Shown one piece after another: positions 1 through 11,995 of a stretch of DNA of 64,000 nucleotides (positions within the stretch are counted from its first letter, which is position 1; each line of letters begins with the position of its first letter). The position numbers and the translations under genes are program-made. The DNA is from Camelus ferus (Eukaryota). The notes beneath the pieces are model-generated. The model saw only the letters and a list, made by a program, of their open reading frames with translations. It was not told the DNA's origin and ran no database searches. The stretch spans positions 14,944,001 to 15,008,000 of the forward strand of contig NC_045698.1 in assembly GCF_009834535.1 (NCBI RefSeq), written 5' to 3'.

Positions 1-434
1 ATCTTTATTGTCCCTGTTTTATGACGTGTTTATTTAGTTTTATTTCTTACTGTCTATTTAGTTTTTGCTCAAGTTTTCAAAATCTTATTTACATTTAAAA
101 GAGCTTATAATTTGTAATTTTATTGTTTTTGATGACAGATGCCTTTTTTTATAGACCCAGTTTCTTCTTGAAGAATGCTTCCTGCATCAGAAAAAACAGC
201 AACAACAATATGTCTCTATGGTTGATTAAATTAATTTCTGGGGCACAGTGTCCAGTGACATTGCCAATTTTGCTGATTGAAACATTGTTTTTAATGACTT
301 GGTTAACTCTATGTAGACAAAAGAGTCTGGAAAACAAAATGATCAAGAAATAGATACCTAGAAAATGATTAGATATTAGTAAGTTCCCTGTCTTTTTTTA
401 TATATTGGTTTAAGTTCTAGATGCATCCTATACA

Positions 435-800
435 CTACTTAGTCCATTCAAGCTGCTATAACAAAATACCATAGACTGAGTGGCTTATAAACAACAGAAA
501 TTTTTTCCTCACAGTTCTAGAGGCTTGAAGTCCAAGATCAGGGTGCTAGCATGATCCATTTCTGGTAAAGGCCCTCTTCCAACTTGTAGACTTCTGACTT
601 TTTGTTTTATGCATACAAGGCGAACCACAGAGAGCAGCAAGCTCCTAGAGACTCTTATAAAGCCTGTAATCCTATTCATGAGGACTCTGCCCTCAGACCT
701 CATGGGATCCTAATTGCCCCAACTCCTAATACCATCACACTGTGGGGGTAGGGTTTCAGCATACGAATTTAGGAAGAACACAAACATTATGGATTACGGA
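435..800 (-). mobile_element. MaLR solo LTR, MLT1A/MLT1A0-like
   Basis: Begins TACTTAGTCCATTCAAGCTGCTATAACAAAATACCATAGACTGAGTGGCTTATAAACAACAGAAA and ends ...GGTTTCAGCATACGAATTTAGGAAGAACACAAACATT. This matches the reverse complement of the recalled MLT1A0 LTR. Confidence 0.85.
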
Positions 801-802
801 CA

Positions 803-812
803 TGTATGTGTG

Positions 813-893
<81 letters not shown>
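803..893. repeat. Compound (TA)n/(TG)n microsatellite
   Basis: Alternating TA and TG runs are directly visible. They explain the YIYI/VCVC ORFs 714..959 and 742..1050. Confidence 0.97.
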
Positions 894-896
<3 letters not shown>

Positions 897-1764
897 CAGA
901 AAAAAGGGAAAGGGAGAAACAAAGAATGGAAGAGATTCCTGCCAATCAGAAATACATGAATTAAGGAAAATGAGAGCCAGAAATTTTGAAGATGTATTTT
1001 TTTCTATAACTAAACTCTCTACAGTCACTTTTATTGCTTTTATCTACTAAGCTTTTTTGATTAGCCACTTTGTTGAGGTACTTTTGAATCTTGTTTATAG
1101 CAACTCAGCTTGCTCTGTTATCTCCATTCCCTAATACAACTGTGTTTATGCAAATGAGACCTTTCTTTGCTATATCGCCTTGGGCTTACCTTCAAATGTT
1201 CTCATTCTTTATATTGTAATTGTGTCTCAATAACATCATACCTTATGTTTCAAAAGGAAAGTTTCAGACTTTGAAACTATACTTTGATTTATGATTAATA
1301 TTGTATTGCTTTGTTATCTATCCCTCAAAAGACATATTATATAATGTTGGGAAAGTATGTATGTGTATATGTTGTTTCCTGTAGCACCCAAATTAAACAT
1401 GCATATTGCTAGAAAATATTTTAAAATTAGAAAGAATATAATTATATGACATCCTTTAGATTTTCAGAAACTTAAAATTCTTCTCGAATGATTACCAGTT
1501 TACTGTCAAAAATCATTTTTATAACTTTACTTGCTGATCAAGGGGATTTTAGATCTTGGCCTTATTAACAATTTTTTTCATCAGAAAAAGAGAGATAATG
1601 ATTAGCTTGGTGCTGGGGAGTTCTGTGTGTTCCTTTGGCAGAGATAAGTTACACATTTGGAACAAGGTAGCAAAGTGATATTACAGTGTTTTGTGAAATC
1701 TTACATTTTTAAATAACTGTCCAGGAAATATGTTCTGGTTATTTTCCATCTGCTACCATGTTTC

Positions 1765-2095
1765 TTCCATGTGATCAGTCCAGGATGCTGACCTTAACAG
1801 ACTACACCATCTAAATCCCCTTTGCCATCTTGCTTTCAGTGAACTTGGGAGGAGACAGTTTGGGTGCATGTCCTTCTTGCTCTCTCCTTGCAGGGTAAAC
1901 GTTTAGTAGTGGTGGAATTTCCCTAGCTTCTCTTTGGGTGTCATCTCCATCAGCCTCCTTTCCCTTTAGATTCCATTAGGAGCTTTCTCACTTCACACCC
2001 TCAGGACTAAGATAATAGGGTTCTCTAACCACCACTCCCTATTGCAAGTTCTGGATAATTTACCATCTCTTGTAGGTTCCATTCAATTAACCTTT
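1765..2095 (+). mobile_element. Old ERVL-class LTR fragment, LTR33-like
   Basis: Motifs GCTGACC...CCCCTTTGCCATCTTGCTTTCAGTG and CCCTCAGGACTAAG...TTGTAGGTTCC resemble LTR33. A similar copy lies at 18430-18870. Confidence 0.5.
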
Positions 2096-2319
2096 AAAGA
2101 TGTTAGAATTATGCCTTGCATAAAATCACTGACAATTGTCTCTATTCTAATGATGGCATAAAGGAGGAGGAGAATCATTCTCCCTGAAGGCATTTCTAGA
2201 CCAAATAGAATGAGCAGAACCATGGAAAAATCATTCAAGATGAAGTGGTTTAACCTCTATAGACACTTAAAGCAATAAATCTCAGCAGCAGAGAAACTAA
2301 GATAAAACAGTGTATGTTT

Positions 2320-2531
2320 AGCATTCCAGCCAAGGTTCTGTGGGAGAGTTGAGGGCTTCAGTGGCTGCGCCAATGGGGGTGGTGAATGTAAGGCTGGTAG
2401 ATTGTCATTGCCACCTCTCCTCTCTGGACTTTGATGGTAATCTGGATTATGTGTTGGAGAAAGCCAGGAAAGCCAATGTTATGGCTCTTGTGGTGGTTGC
2501 TGAACATTCAAGAGAATTTGAAAAGATTATG
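2320..2531 (+). pseudogene. TATDN3: Processed pseudogene fragment of TATDN3 (TatD DNase domain 3): 5'UTR plus about 53 N-terminal codons
   Basis: The ATG at 2373 gives MGVVNVRLVDCHCHLSSLDFDGNLDYVLEKARKANVMALVVVAEHSREFEKIM. This matches the mammalian TATDN3 N-terminus (recalled: MRAAGVGLVDCHCHLSAPDFDRDLDDVLEKAKKANVVALVAVAEHSGEFEKIMQ), including the TatD DxHxH motif. It is intronless and CpG-depleted; homology stops at AAGATTATG (2531). Confidence 0.9.
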
Positions 2532-2760
2532 TTGGAAATAATAGACAGTAATTTTAAAATACAATAAAATAAAATACAATAAAATAAAAAAATATGTTAA
2601 AAACTCAAGTAAGAAGGGTTGACAGCATGCATAAAAAAATTGGAATTCCAGCAGAGAGAAGAAACTCTGAGAAAGGATTAAATAAAAATGGTATAAATAA
2701 ATAACACACTAAATCAAAAATCACTGAGAAACTTTTCCTCTTGAGACAGATGGACATGGT
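2529..2760 (+). mobile_element. Ancient L1 (L1M/L1MC-ME class) ORF1 fragment
   Basis: ATGTTGGAAATAATAGACAGTAATTTTAAAAT...AATATGTTAAAAACTC...GTTGACAGCATGCAT...CCAGCAGAGAGAAGAAACTCTGAGAAAG resembles the old-L1 ORF1 coiled-coil region. Confidence 0.65.
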
Positions 2761-3094
2761 CTGCCCAAGAGTGAGGCGGGACAAGCACAGCTGAGACATA
2801 CTGCTCACCATCACCATATATTTTATGTATTTATATGAAATAAAATAGACTTTAACCAAAGATTACTAATAAAAATTATCACGGGTATTTCACAACAAAC
2901 ATGATCAAAACAGAAGAAATACATGAAAGAATATATAACCTTAAGGTAGAGGTCAAAATCCATGAAGAAAAACCTAATAAAACTAGACGTAGAAACACCA
3001 AATTTTTTAAAATTATTATTTGGAGATGATAGTTGAAGATTTCCATGCACTTCTATCAGAGAAAAATGATATGCTTTTGTACAACATCAGTAAG

Positions 3095-3240
3095 TGTGTT
3101 TTGTTAGCCAGCCTCCGTGCCGACCTCCAATGGCTCCAACCTCCCTGTATTCCAGTCTCTTGTAGTGTCCTCTAATGTTTTACCAGAAATGGTCTGTATG
3201 ACCAACAGCATGTGTAGAAGCAGTAGTATATTACTTCAAA
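3095..3240 (+). mobile_element. MaLR LTR 5' fragment, MLT1F/G/H-like
   Basis: GCCAGCCTCC...CCAATGGCTCCAACCTCCCTGTATTC...GGTCTGTATGACCAACAGCATGTGTAGAAG is typical of the MLT1F-H LTR start. Confidence 0.6.
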
Positions 3241-4110
3241 CTACAATCAATCCAAATGTTGTTCAACTAGTGTACAGCTATTAAAGGACATGTCTCTCTG
3301 TGTCTCTCTGATTTTTATTAATTGTCGAAGACTCAACAAATTGTAATTTTAAAATTAGTGAATTTTATTTTGTGTAAATTATACATAAATAAAGCTGTTA
3401 AATGTCACAAAAATTTTAAAAAAGATACATTAGCCTACATTAAATTTAAGGATTCGTATTTACCAAAATACAAAATTAAAGTAGTGAGTGTGTGAGACCA
3501 GCTGCAGACTGGTGGAAGATTTCCCGATATGTATATCTGAAATAGATACATATCCAGAATAGGTAAACCATTCTTATGAATAATTAAGAACAAACATACT
3601 CAACCTAATAAATAATTTAAGATGCATTAGTATAATAATTTAAAAAACAAAGGAGCATAAACCAGACTATTTAAATGTCCAATTAATAAAATATACTTGG
3701 TATCAGTAATCATCAAAGATAATAAAATTACAACCACAGTATTATTCTACTGCACTTTCCCAACACAATGTCTAAAATTAAAAGAGCAGAAAGTACTGGT
3801 ATTATGAAATATGTAGACCAACTTGAAATCTGACATTCCTAGTGAAACTGAAAAATTGAACAACTATTTTGGAAAATTATTTTTCGGGATTTCTATAACT
3901 TTTGAGCAAAAGAAATCAGACACACAACATATGACACAATTTCCATTCAAAAGGTGCATGAGAGAATTGTGGATCACAGAAGTGGTATGTCTCTTGAAGA
4001 GTATAATGATTTTCTGGGTATATAAAATTGCAATACCTTATCAAGCTCAAAAATATGTTTTACTCAATAGTAACAAAATAAATAAACACTTTATGTTAAA
4101 AGATTAAATT
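3240..4110 (+). mobile_element. Degenerate L1 (L1ME-like) 3' fragments
   Basis: Contains an L1 terminus ..TTTATTTTGTGTAAATTATACATAAATAAAGCTG and ORF2 3' motifs (ATATCCAGAATAGGTAAACC; TCAGTAATCATCAAAGATAATAAAATTACAACCACAG). Confidence 0.6.
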
Positions 4111-6668
4111 AATATAGTTTCAAGAAAATTATATGAGAAAACAGGCCTCTGATTCAATTTTATACTTTCCTCAAAATAAAGAATAAAGTGAATAAAAAAG
4201 TAAAAGTAAAGTCTTTTTTTAAAAAATTGTATTCATGTATGCACAACATTCAAATTTGATAAGACAATATTTATATTGGGTATATTCTGAAAATGGATAT
4301 TTAATTATCTGATTATTATCTTCATTTATGATAGATTAAAATTTAAGAAAAGTAAAAATTGAGAGTACAATAGAAATGTATTATAAATAGTTATAAGTCC
4401 ATTTTGTAATTGATAGTATCAAAATTAATATCATTTTGGAAGAAATTCTGATATTAAGCCAGGAAATAATTAAGCCTTTTTTTCCTATATTGTCTGGTAT
4501 TCCTTTGCTTTGATTAAAAGGTGATGATTCATAATTATTTTCCTTACTTAGATATACATACTACATCCATTATTTTAAGGGTTTTTTTGCATCTGACCAT
4601 TTCTATAGAAATTTATTTTTATTACAGTAACATTTCAGAAATGTAAAGTAAGTTGCTGAAAAATCCCTTTCTTCTAGAAGTTTCCCAGAATCAATATTTA
4701 TATTGTGATTATGATGTCATTAAAATAAATTAGAGACACATAAGAATTGCCTCTTAATCAAAAATTGTAAAGCTTATTCTGAGAGAACGTGACCCATATT
4801 TTGAATCTTTGGAAAATGTTTAGAAATAAAAGCAAAGTGAAGTGCAGAATAACACATTTTCAACCTTAATGCCACATTTTTCTTATGTAAATGAATATAT
4901 GAAGTGGTTGAGGCCAATCAATTAAATAAATATGTTAATAATAAAATTACTCATTAAAGAAATGCATAATAGACATTTTTAGTTGACCCATGTATTCACA
5001 GAATAATTTCTGAATAAAGTGGTGATTTTGGGGGGCAAGAAGAAAGTCTGTGCATGATACAAAAGCTTGAAATATTCTAATAAGTTATCAGATTTATTTT
5101 TGTAATCCCATAGTTGGCTTCTTTCTCTTCTATTCTTCCAATTCAATGCAAATTTTGACTTGATTTTGGAAGAAATATGAACCTTAGATAGATTGATATT
5201 ATGGAACACTGTATTCGAGGAAGCACAAAGCAGTGTAATGCTATAGTCACTCTTTTGGATTTTTTGTGACAGATAAAGAAAAAAAATTACAGGTGCAGGT
5301 GAATAATAGCTTGTCAAAAAGAACAAGGGAAATGAAGATACTTGTAAAGTTGTATCTTCATTTGAATTATTTATATGAAAAAGGAAAAATGAATTTCTTA
5401 CACATAGAGCAAAATATGCTGCAATTTCTTTAACCTGTGCTTTAAATAGACAAGTAGAATCTGTTATTGTATTATTTCCAGTATGAAAAGAGTAAGAACA
5501 GACTTGTCCTTCAGAAATTCTTCAAAGAATAAAATTTGAGAGCAAAACTTATACCAGCTTCATTTGTGAGAAAGCGTAATAGCATTTCAGCAAACTCTAG
5601 ATGGTCTTCAATGAACAATCAAACCATATACATCTGCTATGACTAGAACACAGATTATGGTTTATTTTCAGCATCTGATGGGGATTAAGTGGTTCAGTAC
5701 ATGAGGAGGCATGTTAAACTTGGGCTAAAGGAACCTAAACCACAGGTCTTAGTCTGCAGGATTCTTGAGGCATTGCCTTGGGAAATATTATGAAAGAGCC
5801 ATGGGACTTGATAGGAGAATCAATTTCCAGATAATCACGGTTGATAGAGGTGTGAGCCATTTTGGATGTGTTGTTACTTTTTATAGTTATCTTAGGTACT
5901 AGATGTGTAAAATAGTTATACAGCAGTAAATTTTATCTGATTTTTAATTTCTTCCTTTCTTCAAACCTTTAATGGATGCCAATGGGGTTTATATTTTAAA
6001 TTTGAGGGAATATAAAAAAGAAACTTGGTGATTTACCACACAGTTATTATTTGTAGATAAATAGTATAATTTGCCTTTAGGTGTATTCTACCCACCCAGA
6101 CACTAACTGTATAGATTCAGAGATTTTTTCCCCATAATTCTAGTTTTCAAATACCCTATACATGAAAATTAGTTTTCATACCTGAGAAATGACTTGAACT
6201 ATATTACTGTGTGAATTAATTATTTTCTAGGCATTTCCTCTCAGGAAATTGAGAATCAAGAGGAGATTGTGATTGAAGGATGTGTAGGTCTCAGGTGTCT
6301 TTAAAGTAATGATAAGGAAATGCTATAGGTTGGCCTTGAAAAATTACTACATAGTTATAGCCATCGTTTCAATTAAATTAATCATACTTGGAGATTGCAT
6401 TTTCTGATCAATTCAGTGCATAATAACTTGCCTTCAAAGTTTACTGATATAATTAATAGATTGGGACAGAGAAATATCCTAGTAAAAGTTCTTAGACTTC
6501 ATTAGATCACACAGCACTTTGAATATCTGAATAGACCACTGAGCCATCCTCCTAATAAATGTGGTTATTTATATATATGATCATATACACAATTTCCAGT
6601 GTTTTACAAAACTCTGTATACAAAACTGTATTAGTCAGGGATTCTCCAGGGAAAGATACACAATAATT

Positions 6669-6719
<51 letters not shown>
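6669..6719. repeat. (GATA)12 tetranucleotide microsatellite
   Basis: Perfect GATA run at the position where MLT2 LTRs commonly carry a simple repeat. Confidence 0.97.
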
Positions 6720-7002
6720 TTACTTTAAGGAATTCAATTGACTGGGAAGATCCAACTCCTCAAAGTAGGCCAGCAGGCTTCAACCCCAGGAGAGCTGATA
6801 TTGCAGTTTACACCTGAACACCATCTGCTGTAGAATTCCCTTTTGTGTGGTGAAGGTCAGTCTTTTTGTTTTACATAGGCCTTCAACTGACTGGATGAGG
6901 CCCACCTACATCATGAAGGGTAATTTATTTTAACTGACTTCACTGATTTAAATGTTAATTCTGTTCAAAAGTAGCTTCACAAAAACATCCAGAATAATGT
7001 TT

Positions 7003-7327
7003 TTTTCCCCTTGCTGCCCCTCTGTCTCTTTATATTTTTATTTAATTTTATTGAAGTATAGTTGGCATACAATGTTGTGTTACTTTCGAGTATACAGCAT
7101 AGTGGTTAAGTTTTACATATATATTCCTTTTCCTATTCTTTTTTATTATAAGCTATTACAAGGTATTGAAAATACCTTGTAATGTATGTAGTAGGACCTT
7201 GTTGTTCATCTATTTTGTATATGGTAGTCAGTATGTGCAAATCCCAAACTCCCAATTTATCTCTCTACCCTCCCCCACTTTGCCTCCTGGTAACCATAAG
7301 CTTGTTCTCTATGTTTGTGAGTCTGTT
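7003..7327 (-). mobile_element. 5'-truncated cetartiodactyl-type L1 3' end with a 17-bp TSD
   Basis: Sequence TTTATTGAAGTATAGTTG...GTAGGACCTTGTTG...CCCAAACTCCCAATTTATC...GGTAACCATAAG. It is flanked by the perfect direct repeat CATCCAGAATAATGTTT at 6986-7002 and 7328-7344. Confidence 0.92.
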
Positions 7328-7402
7328 CATCCAGAATAATGTTTGACCAAGTATCTGGGCATCATGGCTAAGCCAAGTTGACACATCTAATTAACGATCA
7401 TT

Positions 7403-7795
7403 TGTCCACCCCTTGTTCGATTGTCACCCATATGCATTTTTTAAACCATATTTAATCACCAAATAAAGACAACAACATGGTCATACTTTGCCTAACATGG
7501 TAAAACTATCCTTCACACAATCAAAAGCATACTAAGAATATTTAAATATGATGATATAAAGTCAATGTAACTTCTGTTACACTGTGAGTGTAAGGAGAAA
7601 AGAGAGGGATGTGAACAGAGATATTTGCTTAATATATATAAACAAATACACTAGTAATAGAATAAAGAAGAAATGCTCATGACAACCCTCATTCTTGTAA
7701 CTGGTCATGTGGTTTTAGCTGGTTTCTATAACTACATTTTTCTACTACCTTTTTTGTATTCTCTTTGCCCTCCACAAGCACCTCTGCTAGTTGTG
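7403..7795 (-). mobile_element. ERVL internal sequence (3' end) contiguous with the MLT2 LTR
   Basis: GTCCACCCCTTG, the polypurine tract on the minus strand, directly abuts the LTR. ERVL-int-like TTCTTGTAACTGGTCATGTGG...CAAGCACCTCTGCTAGTTGTG follows. Confidence 0.75.
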
Positions 7796-7989
7796 CTATG
7801 TAACCCCAGATAGCCAGTCACTTTACTCAAGAAAGGATATATCCCAGTTAAGTGTAAGAATGAGTGTGATAATGACTATAAGGCATATAAAGAGATGTGT
7901 TTCATGCTCTCATTCAGCCTCCAGAGTAGTTGTAAAATTAAAAGTTAAACACATAAACATATATATATATATAACTACATAATTAAAGT

Positions 7990-8190
7990 ATTCTTAATAA
8001 AAATAAAATGAAGTGCCTAATTAAATGGAGAGTTAGAGAAATTGCTCTGAGCAAGTAACACTTAAGAAGAAATAAGAGTTGAATGGGAATTAGGAAAAGA
8101 GTTACAAAGGAAACTATTATAAGTAAAGTAAAGTGAACCATATATAAGATCCTAATGCAGAAAAGAGGTAAACACATTCTAGGAACTGCA
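7990..8190 (-). mobile_element. L2 fragment
   Basis: GTTAGAGAAATTGCTCTGAGCAAGTAACACTTAAG...AGATCCTAATGCAGAAAAGAGG...TTCTAGGAACTGCA resembles the L2 3' region in reverse. Confidence 0.5.
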
Positions 8191-8276
8191 GCGTGTGTAC
8201 GTGTGTGTGTATGTATAGGTCTTGTGAGAGACACAAGACTAAAATGATTCAATAAGTTAAGACAACGCTAGCTGGT

Positions 8277-8400
8277 TGTGATGGTTAACTTTATGTGCAG
8301 TCTTGGCTAGGCTATGGTACTCAGTTAAATCAAGACCAAATTTACATTTTGCTGAGGAAGTACTTTGTAGATATGGTCAATATGTACAGTCTCTTAAAAA
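8277..8400 (+). mobile_element. MLT2 (MLT2D-like) LTR 5' fragment
   Basis: TGTGATGGTTAACTTTATGTGCAGTCTTGGCTAGGCTATGGTACTCAGTT...GTACTTTGTAGATATGG. Confidence 0.7.
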
Positions 8401-10339
8401 TAATACCTTGCCTTCTGTTATTGTAGTTGTGCTAAGGCACAAATGTAGAAGCCTACTGTTTACTACTTTTAAAATATATAATCTATAAATGAAAGTTTGC
8501 TGAATCGGGAAAGGGTATAATTCGCTAATCTTAAGTATTAAAATTTCCACAACTATCTTTATGTTTATCTTTCACATTTGTGCTAATACCATACCTCTTT
8601 ATAGAAAAAAAGAAGTTATACTCTTAGTTATATCACATCCTTAGTAGTCCAGGAGGTTACATTCACTCTTACTTTTCCTAAACCTGGAGAAATGCCCAAA
8701 ACTTTAGCAGGTCTTATATTTTATGCTTGTGGAAGATATTGTTCAATATCAATTATCCTCCTCACTAACCCTCACTATGTTACCAGTCAATGGAATTCCA
8801 CTTTAACTTAGGAAAGACAAGAGACACCTAGATCTTGGACAAAATAAAGCCCTACCAGTGTCCTTGGGTATGAATCATGATTCGTTGAAGGCAGTAATAA
8901 TAATCCCATTCAATATTTACAGTGGTTAGTCTAATGGTATATTTATAATTCAGTGCTAGTCATGAGAAGAAATCAGCTTTAACAGCTATTGAAAAAGATT
9001 ACTTCCCAAGGCAAAGCTTTGATAACAGTTATCTTTATACTCTGCCCTTCCTTACTAATATATACACTTAAGTGAAGTTTTAAAGACAGTATTTTATGAG
9101 GAAAAGTCAATAGAATGACGTAGACATGATTGTTGAGTGGCTGACCAAAAATGTAACCAACCTCTAGACATGTTAAAGAGACAATACATCTTAGGATTTG
9201 TGACACTGTTTGCTTTTTATCAAAGGTTAAAAAAATTTACAGACTTTTGTATTGGTGCTGAAAAAATGAAAATGTTGATTCAAAAATTACCTAACCCATT
9301 TTTCAGAATTACAAACTTTGATAACTAAGAGAAGATAGTAGAGATGAGTACTTAGTCTCAAACTGTGGATGTGGGGCTATGATCAGGAGAAAACCTGTCC
9401 AATGTATTTATGCTGTTCACATATCATCAGTAGTCAGAATTTTCTTAAATGGGGTTGTTTTTGTGAAGCAAACACATTGTTATGCCAGAAAAGGTTGTGA
9501 AAAATTTGGCTTCATTACATGAAGTTGATTAGGGAATCTTTCACTTGAGATCAGCTAGAAGTTTTGCCTGGTAATGTGGAAGTTAGTCATAAGCTTAAAA
9601 AATATGAAACTGTAGACAGCATGCCCTGACAAAAGCATCTAATTTTTTTCATGGAAAAGGATCAAGATTCCTTGGTTAGAGGGCATGCTAATTATTTGGG
9701 ACCACATCATGCAGAGATAATTGAGTCCTTCACAAAATGAATTCTGTGTTCCATATAAAGCCCTGTAGCAGCAGTGATAGTTCTGTATCACATAATGAAT
9801 TGGAACCATATCAGAGCTGTCACTATTGCCCCACATCATTTCAGGTCTGTTTTAAGGATAGCATGACAGCTAAGGTAATCCAGTGGGAGTTTTTGGTGAG
9901 AACTGGACGGCAGCATCCATTATGTATGTTATTGTTCATCATGTCTAGAAAAGCACTTTGATGGAGACCACATATCCCTGGTTCAGTGCAATATCTGCAG
10001 TGTTTTTAACAAAAATCTGATACAAGATAAAGACTGTTGAATGAATTAAGTTAACATAGCATGCCCTGTTAAAAAAGATGTTTGGTGTGCCTGTTTGAAT
10101 AATGAAGTAGGTAGATAGAGATGATTAGTTGTAAAACAAAGAGCACATTATAAGCACTGTCCTCCATGTCTCTTTTGCTTTAGCTTTTTCTTAAACTGTA
10201 GAACTGTCTAGATTGGATTCTCACTCCAAAACAAAGCAGAAGCTATTTTATTTTACTTTAAAGAATATATAAATTCAAATACAGTATGTAGGTAAAGCAA
10301 ACAAAACATATACATAGTAAAAACATATTAAGTAAAGTA

Positions 10340-11360
10340 ATCAAGGTAAAAGTAAACCAATGGGAATAAAACTATAAAGTTTCTACACAGCAAAGAGACC
10401 AATGGACCAAGTTTAAAAAAAAAAACTACAAAAAGGGAAAACATATTTGCATATGTCTGAGAAGGGGTTATTATTCAAAATATAAAAGGAATTCCTACAA
10501 CTCAATAGCAAGAAAAGTATATCAATAATCTGGATAAAACTGGGCAATGGACTAAAACAGATATTTTCCAAGAAAACATCCAAAATTGCCATCAGATTAA
10601 AAGATGCTCAACATCAATAATCATCAGGGAAACACAAATCAAACCACAATGAGATAACACCTCACACCTACTAGGATGGCCATTATTAAAGATAAAGAAA
10701 GTGTTGGATAGGATAAAGAAAAGTCAGAACCTTGTGCATTGTTGGTGGGAATGTAAAATAATATAGCCAGTACGGAACACAGCATGGAGTTTACTTTAAA
10801 AAAATTAAAAATATCACTACAACAAGATATAGCAATCTCACTTCTGAATATTTATTCAAAAGGATTGAAATCACAATCTTGGGACATCTGTACTTCCATG
10901 TTCACTGCAACACTATTAACAACAGCTAAGACATAGAAACAACCCAAGTGTGCACTGACAGATGAATGAATAGAGAAAATGTCATAGAAACATACATTGG
11001 CATATTATTTAGCCTTCAAAAAGGAGGAAATCCTGCAATGTGTGACCATATGGATAAACCTGGAGGACATTATGTTAAGTAAAATAAGTCAGGTGCAATA
11101 GGACAAGTACTGTATGATTCCAGTCATATGAGGTACTCATAGACTCAGAGAAACAGAGAGCAGAATGGTGGTTGCTATGGGGAGAGGGAGATGGGAAATA
11201 GGGCATTCCATGAGTATAAAATTTTAGTTGTCCAAAATGAGTAAGTTCTAGAGATCTGCTGAACAACATTAAGCATATAGTTAACAATACTGTATAGTGC
11301 AATTAAAATTTTATTAAAAGGGTAGTTACCATGTGAAATATTCTTACTATAATAGAAAGA
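10340..11360 (+). mobile_element. L1 (L1MB-like) ORF2 3' end and 3'UTR
   Basis: Canonical L1 motifs: AGATGCTCAACATC...ATCAGGGAAACACAAATCAAACCACAATGAGATAACACCTCACACC; GGATAAACCTGGAGGACATTATGTTAAGTAAAATAAGTCAG; GTTCTAGAGATCTGCTGAACAAC. Confidence 0.9.
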
Positions 11361-11379
11361 GAAATATACTAAAATTGAA

Positions 11380-11995
11380 GTTGTAAAGATGATGAACATT
11401 AAGTTGAATATACAGTGTTTCAAGTCAGGGTAAATGTGGAAGCATGAAGGACAGAGCAGAATAAAAGATGACTCTGGTTCCTTTATTAGGATTTGAATGT
11501 ATTGTGGCACCAAATGGTTGAACTCTAGAAAAGACAAGTGATGATTTACGAAGTATGACCACTGGATATTTATGGACTTGCACTGAGGATATTTTCCATC
11601 TATCCAAATGTAGATGTCAAAAAGTTACTTACATTCATTCATTCATTCAGAAACTACTGTACGCATATATATATATATGAGTTGATTGATTGATTGACTG
11701 ATTGATGGCATTGTGTGTCTGGACACTGTACTAAGCATTGGAGTTAGAGAAAGAACTGATTCAGAGAGAAACATCTTTGTCATCCAGAGAGAAAAACTGA
11801 TGTTTTGGTGGTCAAAGACACAGAAGAGAGAGTTTTGAGATAGAAGAACTTGTAAACATTGTTGATTGTTGCTAAAAATTCAGATAATGTGGGAACCCAA
11901 AAGCACCATTAATTTAGAAGCATATAGAACACTGTTGACCTCGGTCAGTGCAATATATATAAAGAGATGGAGATGGGGGCTGAACTGTGACTGTC
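11380..11995 (-). mobile_element. L2 fragments including a (CATT)n L2 tail
   Basis: ATAAAAGATGACTCTGG, ATCCAAATGTAGATGTCAA, CATTCATTCATTCATTCAG and CACTGTTGACCTCGG are L2-like in reverse. Confidence 0.55.

Larger units (their letters stand above)
6627..7402 (-). mobile_element. ERVL LTR, MLT2B-like, interrupted by a (GATA)n tract and an L1 insertion
   Basis: Starts TGTATTAGTCAGGG, contains GGCCTTCAACTGACTGGATGAGGCCCACC, and resumes after the L1 as TTTGACCAAGTATCTGGGCATCATGGCTAAGCCAAGTTGACACATCTAATTAACGATCA. Confidence 0.85.

Noticed and set aside
714..1050. ORFs rich in YI/VC repeats
   Set aside because: They are translations of a (TA)n/(TG)n microsatellite.
2340..2567. 75-aa TatD-like ORF as a functional nuclease or defence-system gene
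   Set aside because: It covers only the first ~53 residues of TATDN3, lacks most of the TIM barrel, and its C-terminus is L1-derived. The context is mammalian with no operon.
8620..9010. Possible LTR16-like remnant
   Set aside because: Only a few short motifs resemble the family, too weak to annotate without an alignment.
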